Counted from the first letter of the stretch, positions 40,111 through 52,249 are shown. The stretch: DNA of 64,000 nucleotides from Centroscyllium fabricii (GCA_051313645.2 JBNRSN020000007.1:291648001-291712000), one strand, 5' to 3'. Numbers and translations: made by a program. Notes: a model not told the origin generated them from the sequence alone.

Positions 40111-41774
40111 ATTATCTGTCTGATTACACTTGCGAAGTGCCTCGAGCCAGTTTACTACATAAAATGGCGCTATATAAATGCAAGTTGTTGTTGAAGAGCA
40201 CGTTTCTGAGCGAGTCGGTCATTCATCAAATCAGTCAACCTTCAACTGCTGAGCGATTATTCTGTTCCCTTAAAGGAGTGATAATGGCAGTGCTCACTCT
40301 GAAATTATTACCAAGATATTATGCGGCACTGCCAAGAATTGAGATATAAATTCATAGACATAACTCAAGGTTGAGTACAGCTCTCGTGGTAGCCGGACAT
40401 GCTTTTGCATGGTCATACTTCAAAACCTTATATGAAAAAACTTGTGGCTGTCTTTCCACTTTCTGGTCATTGCTAACTATGCAATTGGTGCCAGCAAAGG
40501 TAGTAGTCATGTTTGAGCCAGATCCTGGCCAACCACCACCCATCAGCACCAACCTGTAACCTCAACCCAGCACCCTAAACAGAGATGGTGCTGGGCCCAA
40601 GTCCCTGCATTACCTGAGGCCAATCATTCTCGCCCACTGCCACATTTAGATTTTACAGAGGCATATTGGTTGTTCATCAGTTCCCTCCCTCCATTACTTG
40701 TAGCTGGGACGACATTCGAAGGCTTCACAGTTGCTGCTGTTCAAAGCTTAGCCCCAATTTCCCACTTCTGCTCGAGGCTGGGCCAAATTCGGCCCTCCTC
40801 CCAGGCTGTCGTACCCAAGGCTGGGCCCGAGTTGACACTTTAGTACACAAAGTGGGTACCCCACTCAGACACACAGCAGTTACTAGCCAAGGTCTGTACC
40901 GGCACAGCAAAGATCTGGTGATGAACACTGAACACAAGGCACAAAGAGAGACAGATAGATATCTGAACAAAATAGAACAAACCTGTGGTTTGTGTGGGTT
41001 TTTTTGGGGGGGGGGGGGGGGGAAGAAAGGAGAAGAGGAAGATACACAGGAAGGGATACAAGCTCCTACGGTCGGCTCTGGTGGATATTTTCTTTTAAAT
41101 GGATGTTTTTCCTCAGAGCTGGCATGTCTAAGGCAGCAATGGAGACCAGGGCCACAGCATGTGACCAAGGATGGGATTAGGGTTTGGTGTCATGCTAAAT
41201 GTAAGGGTTGTGGGTCTGTGTACAGCTTTCAGTCCCAAACAAGAGACACACGTACCAGGGCTCAAGAGCACTGCTCCACTGAAAGAGGTTGAAAGATCAC
41301 AGGCAAGGTGGTGGTGGATCCAACCTGAAACCTCCACTGGTGTTCTGGGGCACAAGAATAGGAATTGGAAGATTTTCTTTCAAGGTAGAACATTCCTTAA
41401 GTGGCTAACCCTGGCGAATAGTGAACTGTCCTGGTCACATCAGCATTATACAATAACAAAGAAATAGAATACAATCGCACTTGCAAACGAGAGGAGGGAC
41501 TATAAACAAAGACATGCTGAAATTATGAAATGCAGGACAGAAAACATGCAACTTGTAAACAGCTGGTGACAGCTGCAACGTGGTGTTAGTTTGGAAGCAA
41601 GCTTTGAATGGTCACAAAACATCTGTAAATACCAAAAGAGCAGCTTTCCCCTGTGTATGGGTGCCACTGATTAGGAATAATGAAGTATGCAAAGCATCCT
41701 TCGAAGAGTAGCAGTGTGTGCTTCACTGTATGCAGCGACGATTTTTTAGGGTTCAGTTCAAGTTTTATACGTAC

Positions 41775-41885
41775 ATCAGCATCTGACATGGGCGGTGCCT
41801 CCTCCATATCTACTTCGTGTTTGTTGGCTGCCCGTGAGGCTGGTCCCTTGGTTTCACGCTGCAATCTCTCATTTTGTTCCTGTGC
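41775..41885 (-). CDS. DIDO1: DIDO1 exon (111 bp)
   Basis: tttcatag|GCA CAG...GCT GAT|gtacgt; AQEQNERLQRETKGPASRAANKHEVDMEEAPPMSDAD resembles DIDO1 DLEDSPPVSDSE; phase 0 to 0. Confidence 0.88.
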
Positions 41886-43029
41886 CTATGAAACAACATC
41901 AAACTGGGTTATGCCTCACACAACACGGTCTACAGCCTCGGCTCGATACCAGGATTAACACTTTGGAATAGTAACTTATCAAGCTAATGATGCTAATCTT
42001 TTATTAACTAAGAAGGAAATACGGTTTTGCATCACCTATTAAAGAATTCTAATTCTAATGTTGTTCAATCGTCACCCATTCATCTCTGATGCAGTTAGTT
42101 CACCATTGTTGTACAGCTGTGTCAAAGTGAGCAGGCATCTGCTGACATCTATCACATCATGCAGGGGCGTACTCAAGATTTTAGAACCCCTCCCTCTCAT
42201 CCACTTCCCACTTCATCCTATTAGCCCATCTCTTGAGGTGCTGCTCACAGGTAGTCTGGACCTAGAGCAGGGTTGCGAGGCCCTGCACGCCCACATTCAG
42301 GGTCCAATTTGATCAGACCGCTTCCAACTTTCTCCTACCACTCCCCGATTAATCAGGAATTTATCTGCTTTCTATTTAAATGCTTTGGTCAGTATCGCCT
42401 GCACCAGACCAGGTGGCAGTCTATTCTCCAACTAGATATGAAGTTAATTTTGTTATTTAAGCTTAGCGTGTGGCTTCTTCAGCTATTTGTCATGGTCTTT
42501 GCTGCTTCTCATTCTGGTTTTGCATAAAACTTATCACACCATTAATTTCCTTCATTATTTTGAAAATGTGGTTCATGTTCCTCTTTTCCAGTAGCTTTTC
42601 CCCAATAATACATTTCTATCTATATATTAAACCATACATCTGTGCTATCATCTACAAAACCTTACTTCCCATGCGGCAAGTTTTCCAATTATAAATTCAT
42701 GTCCACATTTGTAATGGTGGCTGCCTCTGTAAACTCGTCCTGTGGCGGGCGGTGTGGTGGCGCTCAGTTTGACTTCACACAGCCCCTTAGCCTGTACTGC
42801 AGAGACTCCAATGCTCCAACCAACAACACTTCTCTGCTTCCCAAACTGCTGCAAGTTTTGCAATTCAACTATAAATCTAAAATTGAAGTATTATATAAAA
42901 ATATGCATATAATGCATGACTTTAAAATGAGGAATGAATTACATCTGTAGTCAAATGATCCTGTCCTCTAACCCAGCTTCATCTGAAGACGACACTTGGT
43001 CTCGACTCTCCACGTAGGATCTATTTTGG

Positions 43030-43400
43030 TTCCGTAACCTTTAGTACCCTTGCCCAACAAAATCTATCAACCTCAGCTTTGAAATTTTCAACTGACCCCC
43101 AGTCTCAACAGCTTTTTTGGGGGAGGGGGGTGAGAGAGTTCCAGATTTCCACCCCCCTTTGTGTGAGGAAGTGCTTCCTGACATCACCCCTGAACGGCCT
43201 GGCTCTAATTTGAACGTTGCGCCCCCTTGTTCTGGACTCCCCCACCCCCCCCCCCCCACCAGAGGAAATAGATTCTCTTTATCTACCCGATTAAATCCTT
43301 TAATCATCTTAAAACACCTCAATTAGGTCACTACTTAACCGCCTATATTCACAGGAATACAAGCCTAGTCTATGCAACCTGCCCTCAATTTAATGTGGTG
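43030..43400 (-). mobile_element. CR1 3' fragment
   Basis: FKMIKGFNRVDKENLFPL. Confidence 0.72.
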
Positions 43401-43849
43401 AATCTGCAATGATACCGGGGCTAAAGGGGTTAAATTATTTGATCATGCTCGATTGGCCGAGACCAGCATTTTTCATGATCCAGTGCAAGTAATCAGCAAG
43501 GCTCTGCCGGGCGATCAGTGGGTTTCCACACAGCCATAGAATTACCAGCCGGGACTGCAACACAATGCCATCACTGCAAAGTTATGAATAACGTGCATCT
43601 CAGTTTGCTACCTACACAAGTCTAACCAAAATTAATCTACGAAAAAATTAAATGGGAGTTAGGGTTATTTATGTCGATTCTGTAGTGTCAACTGGTTAAC
43701 ACAACTCCTCTCAATCCAACATCTTCAACAGATGTAGAATTGCTCAGATTATCTATTCTCTTATCCAGGAGTCGTCTTTATTGTGTAGAATCTGCCCAGA
43801 ATATGCTGAGCTAGTGCACTATGTATGTGGAGATGTAGTATACCCTGTA

Positions 43850-44233
43850 CAGGTTGAAGTTCGTTAATCCGGCAGGGTCGGGACCAGCACCCTGCCGAAT
43901 TGCTGTAAACGCCGAATGATTGAAGCTTCGCCGGCGCATGCGCAGATCATTCAAAATGGCCGCCAAAGTTTTGAATGGTCTGCGCATGTGCTCGCCGTTC
44001 GGCGGCGCATGCGCAGATCATTCGCCAAGGCATCAATCGTTCGGGGAGGCCCAGGCATGCGCAGCCAAGCGCGGTGGCCACGTTGCGCATGCGCAGACCA
44101 GTCGGAGGAGGCCCGGGCATGCGCAGCCACATGCGGCGGTCATTTTGCGCATGCGCAGGGCAGTCGGGGAAATCGTTGCCGGACGTTTGAAGCTGCCGGA
44201 TTTTCGGGTAACGGATTAACGGTGCTCAACCCG
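43850..44233. mobile_element. Tc1/mariner (pogo/Tigger-like) MITE
   Basis: TA TSD; imperfect TIRs CAGGTTGAAGTTCGTTAATCCG / CGGATTAACGGTGCTCAACCCG. Confidence 0.82.
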
Positions 44234-44534
44234 TATATGAATAAGCGGGAACTCTGCAAAAGAGCCAGACTTGTCAGTTTTAAAGGGGAAGCATATTTTA
44301 CAATTGCTAATTACAAAGACAGATACTTTTCACTCACTGATCTCACAAGATACCCACATCCCATTAAAGACAGCCTGAGGGCAGACACCCGCACTTTGAA
44401 AAGGGGCCTCACCTGTTGTTCAATAGTTTAGTCACAAGCCCTACAAGGCTTTTCCATACTTGAGAGTACTGTGCAGAGTCTGGTCTCCATATTAAAAAAA
44501 GGATATTGAGGAACTGGAGAAGATGCAAACAATG

Positions 44535-45125
44535 TGCGTTTGGTCTCCCCAATGTAGAGGCCGCCGCATCGTGAGCAGCGAATACAGTATATCAAATGCA
44601 GATTGGGCGATCGCTTTGCGGAACACCTCCGTTCAGTCCGTAAGAGTGACCCTGAGCTTCCGGTCGCCTGTCACTTTAATTCTCCACTTCCCTCCCACTC
44701 TGATCTCTGTCCTCGGCCTCTTACACTGTTCCAGTGAAGCTCAACGTAAACTCGAGGAACAGCACCTCATCTTTCAATTAGGCACTTTACAGCCTTCTGG
44801 GCTCAATATCGAGTTCAGTAATTTCAGATAATAATCCCTGCCCCCATTTTTCATGCTGTATGATTTTGCCATTCCCATTTGCTACATTTTCACAGCTTGT
44901 TCTTTCAATTCTTCCTCCCCTCCAAACCGCCCCCCCACCCACCCCAAACTGTCTCTGCACCTGCTTAATATCTGTTATATTTCCAGCCTTTTCCAGTTCC
45001 GATGAAGGGTCCCCGACCTGAAACGTTAACTCTGTTTCTCTCTCCACCGATGCTGCCTGGCCTGCTGAGTATTTCCAGCATTTGCTATTGTTATTTCAGA
45101 TTTCCAGCATCCGCAGTATTTTGCT
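44535..45125 (+). mobile_element. Penelope-like element 3' end: GIY-YIG endonuclease C-terminus plus pseudo-LTR; 5' piece inverted
   Basis: RLGDRFAEHLRSVR...PVACHFN...RKLEEQHLIFQLGTLQPSGLNIEF on +; YCIRCSRCGGLYIGETKR on - at 44535-44591. Confidence 0.9.
44995..45031 (+). ncRNA. Minimal type I hammerhead ribozyme motif, core mutated (CCGAUGA)
   Basis: AGTT-CCGATGA-A-GGGTC-ccc-GACCT-GAAA-CG-TT-AACT. Confidence 0.75.
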
Positions 45126-45751
45126 ATTATACCATGGTTATTTAAGTTTTTTCGTCTAGCCTCTTGGGTTTTGCCCATTTTAACCACCATCCGAAGTCAG
45201 CGCTTCCGGGATATTCAAAAGATCAGCTTGCCAGTGTTTCCATCAGCTCAAAAGAAGGTGTAGCAGGTGTCAACCACCAGTTGAATTATGGCTTGCACGA
45301 GCTCAGAGGTGGTCATGTCTTCTCACTATAGGGCTGTATAATTCCTCTTACTTCTGCCCATTCAATGATTAAATTCGCAATTTTGTTCAGTAGAATCCTG
45401 GTGTCTCAATAAAATTCTGTAACCATCTGTTTGGTAGCAACTCTCAAACTTTCTATTCATGCTGCTACATTTTCTCGAATACTGCACGCCTAATTTTATG
45501 TACCAAGTTTTGCTGAGAAGCATCTCATTAAACACCTTCAAAATATCAATTTAGGCTCCATGGAGTCTATTCCCTTTAACTATACACTAGATCCAGTCAC
45601 TTTACCAACATTTATAAAAATTGCCACATGTGCCCCTTTAATCATTGCTGGCTGTCCTTCATTAGCCCATCGATCTCGAAATGCTCACTAATTGGATCTC
45701 AAATTATTGTTTCCAAAAATCTGCTCCCAGCTGCTGTTAGACTAACAATTA

Positions 45752-46850
45752 CATAGAACATAGAACATACAGCACTGTACAGGCCCTTGGGCCCTCAATG
45801 TAGTGCCGCCCTTAGTCCGTCTCTGATTTTTCCTGTCCCCCCTACTGTTCCTTCCCCTCCATGTACCTGTCTATCATCCTTTTAAAAGCACCCAGACTGT
45901 CCGCATCCACTATTTCAGATGGTAGCCTATTCCATTCCCCGACCACTCTCTGTGTAAAGAACTTGCCCCTGCCATCCCTTCTGAATCTTCCTCCTTGAAT
46001 CTTGTGCTCGTGTCCTCTTGTTGACGTTCTTCCCGCCCGGGGAAACAGTCTTTGCACGTTTACTCTATCGATCCCCCTCATCATTTTAAACATCTCTATC
46101 AAGTCCCCCCTCTTCCTTCTCCGTTCCAGGGAGAAGAGTCCCAGTTCCCTTAACCGTTCCTCGTATGACTTTCCCCCCATTCCCGGCAGCATCCTGGTGA
46201 ATCTCCTCTGCACTCTCTCCAGCGCCTCCACATCCCTCCTGTAGTACGGTGCCCAGAACTGCACACAGTACTCCACGTGTGGTCTCACCAGTGACCTGTA
46301 CAGTTGCAGCATGACCTCCCGGTTCTTAAACTCTATTCCTCTGTTGATGAAGGCCAATACACCATAGGCCTTTTTTACTGCTTTGTCCACCTGGGTGGCA
46401 GCCTTCAGTGATCTGTGTACATATACTCCCAGATCCCTTTGCTCCTCTGCTTCACTCAGGATCCTGCCGTTGACCTTATATTCCCTCTTCCTATTTGCCC
46501 TGCCGAAGTGTATCACCTCGCATTTCCCCGTGTTGAACTCCATTTGCCATTCTTCAGCCCAGCTCTGCATCCTGTCTATATCCCTCTGAATCTTTCTACT
46601 TCCTTCCTCCTCATCCACTTCTCCCCCAATCTTTGTGTCATCCGCAAATTTGCTGACCCACCCCTCAGTCCCCTCCTCCAAGTCACTGATGAAGATTACA
46701 AACAGTAGTGGCCCCAACACCGACCCCTGTGGTACCCCGCTGGTGACCGGTCTCCAGCCCGAGTATTGGCCTTCTACCACTACCCTCTGCTTCCTTTGAG
46801 CCAGCCAGTTCTCAATCCATCCCACCACTTTGTTGCTTACCCCGCAACTC
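45752..46850 (-). mobile_element. Young 5'-truncated CR1 LINE with open RT C-terminal ORF
   Basis: 328-aa ORF with VPQGSVLGP and KFADD; near-identical to 5998-6939. Confidence 0.94.
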
Positions 46851-47169
46851 CTTATCTAGTTACTCATACCTACATACTACACTGTTTTTGAACAGAATTG
46901 TTACATTGACAGCCTGCTAGTCTCTAGTGCAATTTGCACATCTGAGTAGGATTGAAAAATTGCAATCAGAACTTCTATCCCCCTAGTGCTTCCTTCACCA
47001 TTACTCTATTGGTTAAATTAAAAAATGATATATAATACAAATATTTACACTTACATGGAATACTCTGGTACCACGTGGAACAGAAGTCAGGACAACAAAA
47101 TTAGAATTTTTCTCAATTTTATCTAAAATATTGCATTCACAATCTCCAATATCTTAAGAGTATTGTAAT

Positions 47170-47710
47170 AGAGGAACATAGGAGAAGTAGGCAATTCACC
47201 CCCCGGAGCCTGTTCCACCATTCAATTTAGTCAGGGCTGATTTGAACCTCAACTCCAATTACCTGCCTTTGATCATCACTGTTGATACCCGCACTCAATA
47301 AAAATCTGATCGGTCTTGAAAATTTCAATTGACCCCAGTCTCTGTATGCTTTTGGGGAAGAGGATGTCCCATTTCCGCTACCCTTTGTGTGAAGTAAGCA
47401 TTTCCTGATTTCATTTCTAAATGGCCTAGCTCTAATTTTAAGATTGTGCCCCCTTGTTCTGCATTCTCTCCCCCAGAGGAAATCATTTCTCTTTATCTAC
47501 TCTATCGAATCTTTTTATCATTTTAAACACCTTAATTAGATCACCCTTCAAACTTCTAAACTCAAGGGAATACACCGCACGTTTATGCTACCTGTCCACA
47601 TAATTTAAGCCTTTTAGCCCTGGTATTATTCTGGTGAATCTACGCTGCACCCCCTCGAAGGCCAATATGTCCTTCTTGAGGTGCGGTGCCCAGAACTGAA
47701 CGCAATGCTG
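47170..47710 (-). mobile_element. CR1 3' fragment
   Basis: gtgcggtgcccagaactg (VQFWAPHL) and tail. Confidence 0.75.
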
Positions 47711-47990
47711 GACTAAAATAACTAATAAAATAGTCTAATCAGTGTATTTCCCACAAATATTGCAACAAATATCACAAAGCTCATTATATTAAAGAAAGCT
47801 TTCACATCAGGGTGAAGGACAATGAATGTCATGTACTACTGTACACCATCCTGTGTATGTTTGTTATTTTATTCATGTAATCTTATTTACAGGGCTCCCT
47901 GATGGCACTCTGCACACTTCCATTTAAGTGGAGCACACATATGGAAAGCATTCTCTTGCAGCCTGGCTCCTCAGTATTGAAAATATGTGG

Positions 47991-48049
47991 ATTTGTGATT
48001 TAAAATAAAACGTTGGACTATAAACCTGGTGTTGTGTGACTTTTTGCAT
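47991..48049 (+). mobile_element. 59-bp Penelope pseudo-LTR fragment with 14-bp TSD
   Basis: TTGAAAATATGTGG at 47977-47990 and 48050-48063; insert matches 57739-57796. Confidence 0.8.
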
Positions 48050-48502
48050 TTGAAAATATGTGGTTAGCGGACAGTCTGTTTATAGACTAATCGATAGTTA
48101 TTGCGCTTTAGTAAATGCTCAGCCAGGAAGGAGTGGGGGGTAGCCCAGTTTCAAAGCAAGCCCCACATTCACAATGTGCACCGAGTGGAATGAAATTTTC
48201 CTGTGTGTCCGGTGAAGCTGGTGATGTGCAACATACAGGTATATAAACAGCAATATAGGTAGCATTGTAGGAGTCACCCTAGTGTGTCTGCTCCACTAAA
48301 ATGGATGGATGCAAGCAAGGCTGTACTGGGGTCAACTAAATGAAATTACACTAAAAACAAATTCACAAACAGTAGAAGACTGACAACCACACACTATTTA
48401 CTGTACTTACCCCAGTATTATGATCTCCCTTTAACCATTCAAATTAAAAATGCCTCCTGACCAGGAATTGTTTTTGAAGTTTAACGCGGGTGTGATACTC
48501 AC

Positions 48503-48619
48503 AGATCTGCTCTCTCTCTCTCCCCAAACTGCCAGTTCCTTCGATTCTATTTCTTCAGGACTCATACGTACCAGGTAGAATGGAACAATCTCTTCTCGTA
48601 GAACACGCCTGAAGAGCCC
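48503..48619 (-). CDS. DIDO1: DIDO1 exon (117 bp), end of TFIIS central domain
   Basis: ttttgtag|GGG CTC TTC...AGA TCT|gtgagt; GLFRRVLREEIVPFYLVRMSPEEIESKELAVWGERESRS, translated by hand (not in ORF track). Confidence 0.93.
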
Positions 48620-48838
48620 CTACAAAACAAAATAGGTCCACTTTATCAAATAATTTGAAACAAAAACAAATGAGTGAAAAAAAACCCCTGTATGGCTGGG
48701 GCTGATAATGTGCAACATGCAGAGATAGACAGCAATATGTGCAGGATTGTGTGGCTAAGCATAGCACAAGCATGTTGCCATAATGAATGAAGATGTCGGG
48801 ATAAGCTTGAGCGTTACAACATAGAAGCACAAAGGTAC

Positions 48839-48998
48839 CTGGTTCCTGGGGTTCTTCAAATTGAACATGATACTCCGGTATCTGCTCTTGTACTTGCTCT
48901 GAGTATCTTGGAACAGGGTGAAAAGTTCCTTTTCAACGGTCACTGCTATTCTTCCTATTGCGTCCTCAGTTACAGCAAGATCATCACAGTCATTCACC
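48839..48998 (-). CDS. DIDO1: DIDO1 exon (160 bp), TFIIS central domain
   Basis: cag|G GTG AAT GAC...AAC CAG|gtac; RVNDCDDLAVTEDAIGRIAVTVEKELFTLFQDTQSKYKSRYRSIMFNLKNPRNQ; phase 2 to 0. Confidence 0.95.
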
Positions 48999-49677
48999 CT
49001 GGTTCCACAAGCACAAATACATTTGGTCATTGCCCTAGTACACGTTGCAAGTACAAACAGCTCCCCATCTCAAGACAAAGGCTTATACATGGCACATGAG
49101 ATGTTGGGGAGTGACTAATAAAACTAACTTTTTGGACAAAAGATGGATAAACTGCATGTGAACTATCTGAATGATTAAACTGCAACATTTTATTAACTCC
49201 CTAGCCCTTCGTTAGTCTATTTAATAATAGATGAATTTAACTCATGTGGTTATCTGATCTAAGCCACTGTGTATTTATTAAAATGTTGAAATAAAAAAAT
49301 CCTCTTCCAATTGTTTCCCTTTACTCTTCTCTTAGCTCCTGCTGGAGTCTGGCTTGATGGTACGCATAGCCCTTCAGCATCTCATCCGAGTGGCTATTCT
49401 TCTTGCATATTCCTGGACATGACTAAACCCAATGCTGCCTCCACATGCACTTCTTCGGAGGAGTCAATGGACAGCACAATCATGGGGCTATTTTCACCCT
49501 GACTGGCCAAAGCACTGAAGCAAGCCATTATATTCCCAACCTTCCTGGCTGAGGCTAGCTAACACAACACACCACACCAGGGGTTTAGAAATTACACTTT
49601 GGAAATTGGCCATTTGGAAGGATGGGTCAAGATGGGACATAGGCTTCCTCATTGAGTACTTTGATCATGTACACAAG

Positions 49678-50765
49678 TTTGATTAGTACGCAGGTGACAT
49701 GAATCTGGAAATGCAGTCAACAGTGAGGAAGATAGTAACAGACTTCAGGAGGACATAAACAGACTGGTGAAATGGACAGAAACATGGCAATTGAAATTTA
49801 ACACAGAAGTGTGAAGTGATTCAGTTTGGTGGGAAGAATGAGAGGCAATGTAAAATAAATGATAATAACAGAAAACGCTGGAAAAACTCAGCAGGCCAGG
49901 CAGCATCAGTGGAGAGAAAAACAGTTAGCGCTTCGGTCCAAAACGTTAACTCGGTTTCTCTCTCCACTGATGCTGCCTGGTCGGCTGAGATATTCCAGTG
50001 TTTTCTGTTGTTATTTCGGATTTCCAGCATCCACAGTATTTTGCTGTTGTAAAATAAATGGTACAATTTTAAAGGCGGTGTAGGAACAGAGATACCTGGG
50101 GGTGAACGCACACAAGTCTCTGAAGGTGGCAGGACGAGCTGAGAAGGCAGTTAAAAAGGCCTACAAGATTCTTCGCTTTATAAATCGAGGCATAGAGTAC
50201 AAAAACAAGAAATTCATGCTGAACCTTTATAAAACACTGGTTTAGGCCCCAGCTGGAGTACTGTGGTCAATTCTGGGCTCCACACTTTATTTAGAAAGGC
50301 TTTCAAGGCCTTGGAGAGTGCAGAGGAGATTTACTAGAATGGTACCAGGGATGAGAGACTTCAGTTCTGTGGAGAGACTAGAAAACTGCGATTGTTCTCC
50401 TTAAAGCAGAGAAGGCTAAGAGGAGATTTGATAGCGGTATTCAAAATCATGAAGGGGTGAAGGGTTTGACAGAGTAAATAAGGAGAAACTGTTTCCAGTG
50501 ACAGAACAGTCGGTAACCCGAGGACACAGATTTAAGGTGGTGATTGGCAAAAGAACCAGATGCGACATGACCGAAAATAAAATTATGCAGTGAGATGTTC
50601 TGATCTGGAATGCACTGGCTAAAAGGGTGGTGAAAGCAGATTCAATCATAACTTTCAACATAGAATTGGGTAAATACTTATTGGAAAAATTAGCAGAGAT
50701 ATGGGTAAAGAGTAGGGAGGTGGGACTAATTGGATTGCTCTTTCAAAGAGCCGGCTCAGGCACGA
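49678..50765 (+). mobile_element. Decayed CR1 3' kilobase
   Basis: RT C-terminal remnants such as cagctggagtactgtggtcaattctggg. Confidence 0.8.
49862..50047. mobile_element. Penelope-derived fold-back insertion inside CR1, 13-bp TSD
   Basis: TGTAAAATAAATG at 49849-49861 and 50048-50060; inverted arms homologous to 45020-45125. Confidence 0.85.
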
Positions 50766-51341
50766 TATATAAACTGGATTAAGTTCAATTTTAAGAGTCA
50801 GATATGCATCTAGGCCTAATTTACAAACATGCATCTAAATAAGCACTCTCTCTTTATTCAGTGCCCTGAGAAGACAAAACTACTCAAGTTAAAACTTTTA
50901 TCTCTAAACAGACAACACTTGAGAATTTCTGTTAAAGATCTATACCACTAAATTAAATCTGCAATTTCTTGCACAACCATTTCTTTTGCCAAGAACAATT
51001 TAACAAAAACTCTCATTGCTCAGCTAGACGTTTCTGGTCATTTCATTTTCCTCCATCTTATTTTTTTGCTGATAACCTTTACACGCAAAATGTTGAAGCG
51101 ATTGTTTTAGTCAACTACACATGCAGCTCATGAAACACTTTTCTGTGAAAGTAATGAACCTATCAGTACTGTTACTTGTTCCAAAATTAATATGCAGTTA
51201 CTAAAGATCAAAACACAAATTGCAGAAGGCTGCTGCTTCATTAACATGATCACACGCCCCCACATTCTACACGTTAAATCCAGTTCTTTCCATTTGGCAC
51301 CTTTGTACAATACAAACAATCCTGCCTCAAACTTCCCTCAC

Positions 51342-51804
51342 CTTTTACAAAGAATCTCCTTAAGTGACCGGCGGATGTTGTGCCGGATTTGAGAGTTAGA
51401 CAGCTGGCTAGTGTTTTTTGCAACTGAGGCTGAAGGCTGAGCTGGTTGTTTGTCTGCAGATCTTTTAGCCGGAGGCTGCTCACATGCATGCACAGACTGT
51501 TTGGCTGTAGGAGCAAAATGCTTGGATGGTATTCGGTATTCTGACCCAGTGCTGCCTTGTTTAGATAAAGTCTGCTGTTTAGATGAAGTCTGCTGTTTAG
51601 ATGAAGCTTGCTGCTTATTTGAAGCTTGCTGTTGAGTTGCAGGAATAGGTCGTTTAGGTGCAGCACGGTGTTCAGCTGTTCCGGCAGGCTGCCTAGTCGC
51701 CACAGCTGGTGGCTTTGAGGGAGTAGATTGCCGTGTTGCAGGAGACGGTTCGTCCACAGACACAGAATCAGCTTGCTTGGTGTCAGCCGCCTCCTCCTTT
51801 GGAA
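51342..51804 (-). CDS. DIDO1: DIDO1 internal exon (463 bp): low-complexity linker into start of TFIIS central domain
   Basis: Acceptor ttctttaatag|TT CCA AAG, donor AAA AG|gtgag; ends SQIRHNIRRSLKEILCKR, matching DIDO1 SQIRQNIRRSLKEILWKR; phase 1 to 2. Confidence 0.9.
51559..51630 (-). repeat. Coding 18-bp tandem repeat x4 within a DIDO1 exon
   Basis: QQASNK QQASSK QQTSSK QQTLSK. Confidence 0.85.
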
Positions 51805-52249
51805 CTATTAAAGAAAATATATATTTTTTACAACATAGTCTTGTGCAGTAATGCTACTGAATTAGACATTTTCTTGATGTGAAACTATTGGAAGTGCCTC
51901 TGTAAAAACATGCTTCAATTTGACAAGAGAACAAAAGACCTACAAACACATACATTTTTGACTTGAACACTAAAGTTTGGGAAACAAAACTTGTGGATGT
52001 GCAGATTCAGTCGGGAAGTCTCAATAATGTAGTTTATGAATGCAGGCATGCAGTGCATTTACAAATTTGACTTGCTTTGTCTGTTAATGCTGCAACATAA
52101 CTACTATCTGTATTTACATTCACTCAAAGTAGTTTGTTTCAAGTTACTGTGAGGTCTCAGCAGTTCACACTGCATGTAACTGGTTAGTGCCGTGACTAGC
52201 AGACAAAAGGCAACTCTCAATGTAAACTTCTAATTTTACCACCTATACA

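Noticed and set aside
40666-41292. 208-aa ORF
   Set aside because: No recognisable domain, crosses a poly-G tract, antisense within an intron
43916-44431. 171-aa ORF with AHAQ repeats
   Set aside because: Translation of GCGCATGCGCA repeats in a TA-flanked MITE
48406-48502. Alternative downstream donor extending the 117-bp exon
   Set aside because: The extension hits an in-frame TAA and has no other support
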